Below, one piece after another: positions 57,157 through 64,000 of a stretch of DNA of 64,000 nucleotides. The stretch's first letter is position 1, and each line of letters opens with the position of its first letter. The stretch spans positions 33,945 to 97,944 of the forward strand of contig SVRJ01000001.1 in NCBI GenBank assembly GCA_015064885.1, given 5' to 3'. The notes under the pieces were generated by a model. It did not search any database. It saw only the letters and a list, made by a program, of their open reading frames with translations, and was not told where the DNA came from. The position numbers and the translations under genes were made by a program. The stretch comes from Oscillospiraceae bacterium. GTDB taxonomy: Bacteria > Bacillota > Clostridia > Oscillospirales > CAG-272.

Positions 57157-57936
57157 TTATCCGAGAAGATATCTGAGAGCGTCCTGAATGTGAAGATCCC
57201 ACCACTTCCACGAGTGGTTACCCTCGGATTCTTCGTATACGTGCTCGACACCGAGCTCGTCAAGGAGGGCACTGTATTTGCGATTCCCTTCTATAAGCGC
57301 GTCGTCAAGACCGCACCAGAGGTACATTTTCGGGAAGGTGATCTTTTCCTCTGCCGCTTTGCCCGTCAGATAATATACGTCGTGCTTGGTTCCTGCAAAC
57401 TCTGCGGAGGAATTGCACGCTTCACCGAATATCCACTTTACATCCGTGTTGAGATTCGGTCTGTCCCTTGTGGTAAAGTCGAGTGCTCCCGAAAGAGACG
57501 CACATCCTCCGAACACCTCGGGATATGTCATAGCCGCCTTTACAGCTCCATATCCGCCCATTGAAAGTCCGGCAATAAAATTATCCTCACGCCTATCCGA
57601 CATTCCGCGGAAATACGAGCGGCAAACACGCGGAAGCTCCTCGGTTACAAAGGTAAAATAGTTCACGCCGTATGCAGTATCTATATACCAGCTCCTACCT
57701 ACGGAAGGCATAACGACGGCTATACCGTATTCAGCTGCATAACGTTCTATCGAGGTTCTTCTCATCCATATACTGTGGTCGTCGGAAAGCCCGTGAAGAA
57801 GATAGAGCGTTTTATAGGATGCGGACTGCACTCCGTTCATTCCTATCATGCTCTTCGCCTTTTCGGGCAGTATTACGTTTAGCGACACTCCCATTTTGAG
57901 AGTATCCGAATGATATTTCATTTCAAAAAAAGCCAT
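57157..57936 (-). CDS. Esterase (esterase D / tributyrin esterase-like alpha/beta hydrolase)
   Basis: YLLHGLSDDHS, GLSMGGYGA nucleophile elbow, C-terminal GNHSW. Confidence 0.8.
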   Translation of the reverse strand: MAFFEMKYHSDTLKMGVSLNVILPEKAKSMIGMNGVQSASYKTLYLLHGLSDDHSIWMRRTSIERYAAEYGIAVVMPSVGRSWYIDTAYGVNYFTFVTEELPRVCRSYFRGMSDRREDNFIAGLSMGGYGAVKAAMTYPEVFGGCASLSGALDFTTRDRPNLNTDVKWIFGEACNSSAEFAGTKHDVYYLTGKAAEEKITFPKMYLWCGLDDALIEGNRKYSALLDELGVEHVYEESEGNHSWKWWDLHIQDALRYLLG

Positions 57937-57980
57937 TTTTATCTCCCTTCGTGCAATAGTGCACTTAAAATATAATAAAC

Positions 57981-58739
57981 TTATTCGTCATCCGGGACAA
58001 GATCGGTATCTTCCGTAACCAGAGGCGGTAAAGAATATTTAAGGCCTATAAGTGACGGGTCATCTGTTCTGAATACACTTCTCACAGCATATATGCTTTC
58101 ATTTTTCATAAAGCACACCGAATCACAGTCAAGCATATGTAGAATATCTCTTTTAAAAGCAGAATACTTTTGTACGTCGATCCTGTCGAATCTGTACTCG
58201 ATTCCCGTCGACACGTATGACTCTATACGTTTCGCATATATTCTTTTTCCGATATCCGCCCTGACGTAGGAAAGAAGGATCGCACAGAATACGTGTAAGG
58301 CATCTGCGACTTTTACGAAATCATCCGCAAACCCAACACCGAGGTCATTCTCATTGTATTCGATCGTTTCGCATGATGCCTCGGCTATCAATGTGAAAAA
58401 ACCCATCATTTCTTCAAAAGAAAGCACGGCAGAGGCTTTTTCAACCGAAGAAAGCTTTCGGTATACCTTATCTGACGAGATGTTATTTGCAACAAGCGGG
58501 TCCGAAACCAGAAGTCCAAAAGAAACAGGTCTCTCAACGTCCCAGCCGAAAACATAGAGCACTCTGTCCTTAAGCTTAAGAGAATACGCAGAGCGACCGT
58601 AAATATCCGCGACGAGTCTATGCGCTCCCCGTTTGCCGATAACGTCGTAAAGCGTGAGATAAGTCATATCCTCGCTCACAGACGAAATTATTTTGAAATC
58701 GCCAAATCGCTCAAAGGCAAATAAAATGCTTTTACTCAT
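57981..58739 (-). CDS. Hypothetical cytoplasmic protein, no recognisable motif
   Basis: 252-aa ORF in a tight series between the DAHP synthase gene (24-nt gap) and the esterase gene (44-nt gap). Confidence 0.5.
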   Translation of the reverse strand: MSKSILFAFERFGDFKIISSVSEDMTYLTLYDVIGKRGAHRLVADIYGRSAYSLKLKDRVLYVFGWDVERPVSFGLLVSDPLVANNISSDKVYRKLSSVEKASAVLSFEEMMGFFTLIAEASCETIEYNENDLGVGFADDFVKVADALHVFCAILLSYVRADIGKRIYAKRIESYVSTGIEYRFDRIDVQKYSAFKRDILHMLDCDSVCFMKNESIYAVRSVFRTDDPSLIGLKYSLPPLVTEDTDLVPDDE

Positions 58740-58763
58740 TTTTCAAACGTTTTACAGAGCAGA

Positions 58764-59792
58764 TCAATACATATCGGCAAGATCAAGCACCAGGCGTTCT
58801 GTCTTGTTCCAGCCGAGGCACGGGTCTGTTATGGATTTACCGTAGATACCCTCACCTATCTTCTGCGAGCCGTCTTCGATATAGCTTTCTATCATAAAGC
58901 CCTTTACAAGCTTCTTTATGTCTGCCGAATATTTGCAGTTCATAATAACTTCCTTGGCTATACGTATCTGCTCCTCAAACTTTTTGCCTGAGTTTGCATG
59001 GTTGGTATCCACGATGAGAGCGGGGTTCATAAGCTTCTTTTCGGCATAGACATCGCTGAGCGAGATAAGATCCTCATAATGATAGTTGGGGTATGAGTGA
59101 CCCTTTTCATCAACGTATCCGCGGAGGATAGCATGCGCGTAAGGGTTACCCGCGCTGCTTACAGCCCAACCTCTGTATATAAATTCATGTGAGTGCTGAG
59201 CGGCGGTAATAGAATTCATCATAACAGAGATATCTCCGGAGGTAGGGTTCTTCATACCTACGGGAATATCCAGTCCGCTTGCCGTTAATCTGTGCTCCTG
59301 ATTTTCAACAGAACGTGCGCCGATAGCAACGTACGCAAGGATATCGTTCAGATATCTGTAGTTATCGGGGTAGAGCATTTCATCGGCACAACTGAAGCCG
59401 GTCTCCTTAAGAGCACGCATATGGAGCTCTCTTATCGAAACGATACCCTTGAGAAGATTGGGGGCAAGATTAGGGTCGGGCTGATGGAGCATTCCCTTGT
59501 ATCCGTCACCTGTCGTTCTGGGCTTGTTCGTATATATGCGGGGGATAATAAATATCTTATCCGAGACCTTTTCCTGCAATTTTGCAAGTCTTGATATATA
59601 ATCGAGAACACTGTCCTCGTTATCTGCTGAGCAAGGACCTATTACAAGCACCAGCTTGTCTTCTTTGCCCTCAAATATCTTTCTGATCTCAGCGTCTCTG
59701 TCTGCTTTTATTTTCTGAAGATCCTTTGTAAGGGGATACTGCTCCTTTATCACCTGAGGGATAGGAAGCTTTTCTGTAAATTTCATATTCAT
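58764..59792 (-). CDS. 3-deoxy-7-phosphoheptulonate (DAHP) synthase, class I
   Basis: LVLVIGPCSADNEDSVLDY, IIPRIYTNKPRTT, GWKG-like KGMLHQPD, VDTNHANSGK. The start is moved to ATG 59792 behind the SD AGGAG; the track ORF extends 13 codons upstream. Confidence 0.9.
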   Translation of the reverse strand: MNMKFTEKLPIPQVIKEQYPLTKDLQKIKADRDAEIRKIFEGKEDKLVLVIGPCSADNEDSVLDYISRLAKLQEKVSDKIFIIPRIYTNKPRTTGDGYKGMLHQPDPNLAPNLLKGIVSIRELHMRALKETGFSCADEMLYPDNYRYLNDILAYVAIGARSVENQEHRLTASGLDIPVGMKNPTSGDISVMMNSITAAQHSHEFIYRGWAVSSAGNPYAHAILRGYVDEKGHSYPNYHYEDLISLSDVYAEKKLMNPALIVDTNHANSGKKFEEQIRIAKEVIMNCKYSADIKKLVKGFMIESYIEDGSQKIGEGIYGKSITDPCLGWNKTERLVLDLADMY

Positions 59793-59869
59793 AACGTTAC
59801 TCCTATAAAAACACAAGGATACGCCAATCAAAAGACATGACGTATCCTGTATAAAATTACTGAATGCGA

Positions 59870-60133
59870 TTAGTCTTTAAGGACCTTAAGGTAATCGAGA
59901 ACAAGCAATACTATACCAACGAGACAGTAGAGACCTGCAAGCGATGTAACAACTCCGAGTATAGCGGAAACAAGTACTCCGATCACAGGAATCGCGCCAA
60001 GGATAATACCGAGTATACCTGTTACGATACCGAGAACTGTGGGAAGGCAAACGTAAACGATGATCTTGATAACAAGAGCCGCTACACTTGCCGCACCAAA
60101 TGAATAGGGGAAAAATTTCTTGAGTGTGCTCAT
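59870..60133 (-). CDS. Small hypothetical membrane protein (87 aa, 2-3 TM helices)
   Basis: Gly/Ile/Leu/Val-rich helices. Promoter-like TTGTAA-17-TGaTATAAT on the minus strand at ~60195-60225. Confidence 0.5.
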   Translation of the reverse strand: MSTLKKFFPYSFGAASVAALVIKIIVYVCLPTVLGIVTGILGIILGAIPVIGVLVSAILGVVTSLAGLYCLVGIVLLVLDYLKVLKD

Positions 60134-60304
60134 TTTTATGTACTCCGTTTAATGTTATTTACGACCGAATCGATCTGCCGTATATAAAATTATTATATCA
60201 CAAAAAAGGATGTTTTACAATACGTACAAAATATTGTTCACAATATTTTTTTGTTTGATTAATAAAGTATTACACTGCGCATTCAGATAAAAGATTAAAA
60301 AATT

Positions 60305-60706
60305 TCATTTTTCCATATGCCTTGCATATATGTAAAGCAGGACGCTCGTGCATATTGCCACAATTGATATACACCATGATACGTTAGTCATATAGCGCAT
60401 TCCAAGCAGTACGGGCGAGAGAGAAGCTACACTCATCGCGGCAGAGGTGACGGCGGACACCTTTCTCAGCCAATTTATTTTTTTAAAAATCAGCACCGCA
60501 AGCTCAATCGCAAGCACGACAGTAAGAAGCGCTGTAATAAGCGGGCCGAACACAGCGTACCCGAACGGTGTAGGATCAAAGTATGAGAAATAGCTTATAA
60601 CAGTCTCAGTATCCGCCGCAAAATGCAGTACCGCAGAGCATGGCATTGCCTCAAGCGCGAGCAAAACTGCGACAAAGAGTGTTGAAAGGGTAAGATGCTT
60701 TTTCAT
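60305..60706 (-). CDS. Hypothetical 4-TM membrane protein
   Basis: 133-aa ORF with four hydrophobic segments; no motif recognised. Confidence 0.45.
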   Translation of the reverse strand: MKKHLTLSTLFVAVLLALEAMPCSAVLHFAADTETVISYFSYFDPTPFGYAVFGPLITALLTVVLAIELAVLIFKKINWLRKVSAVTSAAMSVASLSPVLLGMRYMTNVSWCISIVAICTSVLLYIYARHMEK

Positions 60707-60717
60707 ATTTTATACCG

Positions 60718-61566
60718 TTACAGAAGATCACGAAGGCCTTCAGTCTTCTTGGCTCTGTCAAACGAGTGCCATGCTACAGCAACTCCCGTATTCGGATTTA
60801 TGTACAGTCTTTGACCGCGCATTCCTCCCTTTGTGTATCCGTGACCGTACGGGCGAAGCTCATAACTGCGAGTAAGAACGATATCTATCCATTCTTCGGA
60901 TATTATCCTTGTTCCGTTATATACACCTCCGTCGAGATATACTCTTCCGAGCTTAAGCATATCGGCAGTACGGATATAAAGTCCTGTTGCGCCTATCGGA
61001 TATCCGAGGGGGCACTTTGAAAACGCAGACTCGCGCACCTTAAGAGGCAAAAGCAAGCGACGCATCAAAAGCTCGTCGAGCTTCTCTCCCGAGAGCTTTG
61101 TAATTATTCTCGAAGCAAGATAATACGCAGCGTCAGAGTAAACGTACTTACTGCCCGGCTCAAGCGCAAGCTCATGTGAGAGGACAAGGTAGAGAAAATC
61201 GTCGGTCGGATATTTGGAGGCATCCTCGGTATCTATGTCGAGGAATCCCGCATCAAAGCCTATCTTATGAGTAAGAACGTGATCAACGGTAACTCCGCTC
61301 CACTTGTTTTCATCTATTCCGTATGACTTTATTTCATCCTTGAATATCTCTCCGACAGTCATATCCGGGGTTACAAGTCCGTCATCGTAGAGCATACCCA
61401 TTGCGGTAACACAGAAAAGCTTGGTCACCGAATAAGAATTCTGGCAAGGGTTTGTTTCAACAAACACCACGCGTTCGGTGTTTTCCCTGTCGCAGACCGC
61501 TATGTCGAACATGTTGATCTCGTTTTCTCTCACGTAATTGCATAGCGTGTTTAAAAGGTCTTTCAT
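60718..61566 (-). CDS. Serine hydrolase (beta-lactamase/PBP4-like family)
   Basis: S-V-T-K (SxxK) in NSYSVTKLFCVTAMG and a YSD motif (KYVYSDAAY). The start is moved to ATG 61566 behind the SD GGAGG; the track ORF has 38 extra N-terminal codons. Confidence 0.72.
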   Translation of the reverse strand: MKDLLNTLCNYVRENEINMFDIAVCDRENTERVVFVETNPCQNSYSVTKLFCVTAMGMLYDDGLVTPDMTVGEIFKDEIKSYGIDENKWSGVTVDHVLTHKIGFDAGFLDIDTEDASKYPTDDFLYLVLSHELALEPGSKYVYSDAAYYLASRIITKLSGEKLDELLMRRLLLPLKVRESAFSKCPLGYPIGATGLYIRTADMLKLGRVYLDGGVYNGTRIISEEWIDIVLTRSYELRPYGHGYTKGGMRGQRLYINPNTGVAVAWHSFDRAKKTEGLRDLL

Positions 61567-61752
61567 AATTGTCCTCCAAGTTCTTTTATTGCTTTTTCGG
61601 AAGCAACGAGCACTAAGACGCCAAGACGCGGTCACGGCTTCTCTGCCGCTTGTAAATATCGGCTTCGCTTTCAAAATCACACGTTCATCTCCCGAAGATC
61701 GCCTATGGCTATATTATACAACACAAGCCTCGCTTTGTCAACAGAAAAAGGC

Positions 61753-61779
61753 AAAAAAATATCGAGGCATTACCCTCGA
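61753..61779 (-). terminator. Intrinsic terminator downstream of the PiT gene; a second perfect hairpin without a U-tract lies at 61813-61838
   Basis: TCGAGGgtaatgCCTCGAtaTTTTTTT on the minus strand. The upstream palindrome is AGGCTGCCGAAGatCTTCGGCAGCCT. Confidence 0.6.
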
Positions 61780-61843
61780 CCGTTGTTTGAAAATTTAAAA
61801 CTTACTTCTCTTAGGCTGCCGAAGATCTTCGGCAGCCTTATCA

Positions 61844-63022
61844 TTAACCGAAATAGCTCTGTGTTGCAAGTGCAACGAGATATGTAATAAGTCCCGCAAC
61901 CGTAGGTGAGCTTACCCATGCGATCGCAATTCTCTTGAATACTCCGAAGTTTACGTTCTTAACGCCCGAAACGAGACCTGCGCCGACGACCGCACCGACG
62001 ACCGCCTGGGAGGTGGAAACGGGGATACCCATAAGCTCCTTCATAAGTGTTATCGAAAGCGCGCTTGCGAGGATAACAAGGAATCCGTCTATCTGAGTAA
62101 TGTTTGCGATAGAGCCTCCTACCGTCATCATAACCTTCTTAGAATAGGTAAGGACGCCTACCGCAATAGCTACACCACCGATTATAGCGGTAAGGCTTGC
62201 GCTTGTAAGCACGTTGGCACCGACTCCGAAGCTGTCGTAATAGAAGGCTGTAACGCTTGCCGAGCTATTGATACCGATAGTATATGCGGAATATGCGCCT
62301 GCGACGATATATCCGATCTTTACTACCTTGTCATAGCCCTTGAGAGAAAGAACTTTACTCTCGAAGAACTTTTTAAAGAAGTATACTATAACAAATGCTA
62401 TAAGTGCCGCTCCGACCGGATTTATGAACCATGTGCTCATAAACTTGCCGATCTCCTTGAGGTTTGTACTCATTACCTCGGGATTACTGTAGTCAGCATA
62501 GAAGAGACCCCATCCGATAATGGCACCGGTTACCGCCTGGTTTGCGGATACGGGGAACTTCAGATAACTCATTACGAATACTGTAGCGGCCGCGGCTATG
62601 AAGATAATTGCTGCCTTGACAGCAGATTTTATCTTAAGATCTTTAAGACCCGCCTTGTCGATACCTTCAACCGCATCCTTGTTGATGATAACGTATTCGC
62701 CGTCCTTTGTAACTATCTCACCCTTATGATTTCGCATAACGTAATTTCCGTCAGCGTCCTTTTCAAATACGTAGCCGAGTTTTTCCATATCGGCAACGTC
62801 CGCGGCAACCTCGTTATTGGTAGCTATACTTGAAAGCTTCGAGATGTCGTCAGCTCCCTGGAGGATAGCACCGAGGACTACCATTGTTGCGATTATTATA
62901 ATTGCAGTACGGTATTTAACAACTCTTGTTGCCACCGCCGTACCGAACGCGTTGGCCGCGTCGTTGGTACCAAGCGACCAACCCATAAAAAGGCCCGCGC
63001 CAAGAAGTAAGTATATCCACAT
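61844..63022 (-). CDS. pit: Inorganic phosphate transporter, PiT family
   Basis: GTNDAANAFGTAVATR signature and its repeat in the C-terminal half (VSTSQAVVGAVVGAG); ~10 TM helices. Confidence 0.9.
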   Translation of the reverse strand: MWIYLLLGAGLFMGWSLGTNDAANAFGTAVATRVVKYRTAIIIIATMVVLGAILQGADDISKLSSIATNNEVAADVADMEKLGYVFEKDADGNYVMRNHKGEIVTKDGEYVIINKDAVEGIDKAGLKDLKIKSAVKAAIIFIAAAATVFVMSYLKFPVSANQAVTGAIIGWGLFYADYSNPEVMSTNLKEIGKFMSTWFINPVGAALIAFVIVYFFKKFFESKVLSLKGYDKVVKIGYIVAGAYSAYTIGINSSASVTAFYYDSFGVGANVLTSASLTAIIGGVAIAVGVLTYSKKVMMTVGGSIANITQIDGFLVILASALSITLMKELMGIPVSTSQAVVGAVVGAGLVSGVKNVNFGVFKRIAIAWVSSPTVAGLITYLVALATQSYFG

Positions 63023-63030
63023 GATCTATC

Positions 63031-63687
63031 TTATACCTTTCTGGAGATGAGCATTATCTGGATCTTATCTGCGATATTTTCGATAACGTCGGAAATGTCA
63101 GCGATCAGTTCTACTACGTTAGAGAGCTGCATCTGATGAGCAAGGTCCATATCAAGAGCAAATATGTCATCGTAAAGCTTTACCTCGACAGCGTCCACCT
63201 CGGACTCGAGCGCACGGATCTCGTCAAGGATCTTATGGTCCTGAAGGAGAGCACCGAACTTTTCAAAGAACTGACCGATCGATTCTTCAAGCACGTCAAA
63301 CTGCTTGCGTGTTGTAGCAATAATATTTGTAAGATCCTTTGCGTATTCATCGGGAAGCTTGATCTTCTGGCATACGATGACCTTTGCTATCGTCTCACAC
63401 TTGTTTGCAACCTTATCGCACATTGTGGATATAGCAATGATATCCTCCTTTGTGGAAGCAAGGAAAGTACCTCCGCCGAGAGAATCGATCATACGGCGAA
63501 GAGCCTTGTCAGCTACGTCCTCCGCAGCACCGACACCTGCGGAAAGTGTACGGAGCGTAGCGGGAACCGTCTCGGGTGTGGTTGCCGCATCCATAAAGCC
63601 TTCAAATTTTATAAGGCATTCTTCAACCGCTTGCATATGCTCCACGATAAGAGAATGTACCTTATTTGCGCTGTTCTTGTTAAACAT
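63031..63687 (-). CDS. DUF47 (PhoU-like) protein, usual partner of PiT
   Basis: Helical 218-aa protein directly upstream of pit. The start is moved to ATG 63687 behind the SD GGAGG. Confidence 0.82.
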   Translation of the reverse strand: MFNKNSANKVHSLIVEHMQAVEECLIKFEGFMDAATTPETVPATLRTLSAGVGAAEDVADKALRRMIDSLGGGTFLASTKEDIIAISTMCDKVANKCETIAKVIVCQKIKLPDEYAKDLTNIIATTRKQFDVLEESIGQFFEKFGALLQDHKILDEIRALESEVDAVEVKLYDDIFALDMDLAHQMQLSNVVELIADISDVIENIADKIQIMLISRKV

Positions 63688-63759
63688 AAAAACCTCCATG
63701 TTTTGTTTTTATTTTTATTTTCGCCAAAAACGTACCGAAGCGAAAATTATAATACTAAT

Positions 63760-63787
63760 ATTATACCACAAAAAAAAGTAATGTCAA
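63760..63787 (-). promoter_or_regulatory. Promoter of DUF47-pit (TTGACA-16-TGgTATAAT)
   Basis: The reverse strand reads gacTTGACAttacttttttttgtggTATAATatt. Confidence 0.5.
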
Positions 63788-63852
63788 GTCAAATTGTAAA
63801 ATTCAATGTGTTATTTTTACCACAAAGTCTGTTTCCGACCTGTATATACCCT

Positions 63853-64000
63853 TCAAAGCAACTCGGAAAAATCGTATATATATCCGTCGGTAACCGCCTT
63901 TATCTCGTCTGTGTATTCGTCCGACGAAGGGTCGTAAACCCCGTACACCTGCATTCCGGCCTCTTTTGCGGTTCTGTCGGCATTGAGATTGTCGTCAAGG
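63853..64000 (-). CDS. HAD-superfamily hydrolase, C-terminal fragment (gene starts beyond the window end)
   Basis: My own reverse translation gives ...LDDNLNADRTAKEAGMQVYGVYDPSSDEYTDEIKAVTDGYIYDFSELL*. DDxxxN...A..AGM is the HAD motif IV region. Confidence 0.55.
   Translation of the reverse strand, partial: LDDNLNADRTAKEAGMQVYGVYDPSSDEYTDEIKAVTDGYIYDFSELL

Overview
This 64-kb window looks like chromosome from a Gram-positive, Clostridia-like bacterium. Supporting signs are repeated TTGACA-N17-(TGn)TATAAT promoters, AGGAGG-type ribosome-binding sites (SDs), SAM-I and FMN riboswitches with intrinsic terminators, a type-A-like RNase P RNA, nifS-nifU and recD2-comFC. About 50 genes are present, nearly all on the minus strand.

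Layout:
1. 1-6.9 kb: surface-glycan operon. It holds a PglF/CapD-like dehydratase, a PglD/NeuD-like acetyltransferase, a small PglC-like phosphoglycosyl transferase, a GT2, LicD, a LicC-like nucleotidyltransferase and a truncated MFS gene. It sits behind a ~600-nt untranslated leader.
2. 7-16.3 kb: AI-2E transporter, ComFC, RecD2, S-box/metK, DUF368, a GH29 fucosidase and FMN-riboswitch/ribU.
3. 16.5-28.7 kb: rpoB-rpoC followed by rpsL-rpsG-fusA-tuf.
4. 29-30.4 kb: rpsT, a solo tRNA-Val(GAC), an unusual array of short ATC...GAT hairpins and an AT-rich orphan gene.
5. 30.5-44.2 kb: the main accessory locus, apparently one ~13.7-kb operon. It encodes a 1074-aa binding protein with CBM-like N-terminal domains, two complete ABC permease pairs, an NHL-TPR-Yip1 membrane protein and a 1306-aa secreted giant. 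It has no ATPase and no regulator. This is my best candidate for an undescribed system.
6. 44.8-64 kb: nifS/nifU, a small ABC pair, a degenerate LytM/M23 protein, a G1P-dehydrogenase-like gene plus a ThrE fusion, a five-gene overlapped operon (radical SAM-SanA-YlmH-hydrolase-GNAT), rnpB, an esterase, a DAHP synthase, small membrane proteins, a serine hydrolase, PiT plus DUF47, and a truncated HAD gene.

I saw no rRNA, CRISPR array, IS element, integrase or prophage genes. All functional calls rest on motif recognition by eye. No searches or computations were run.
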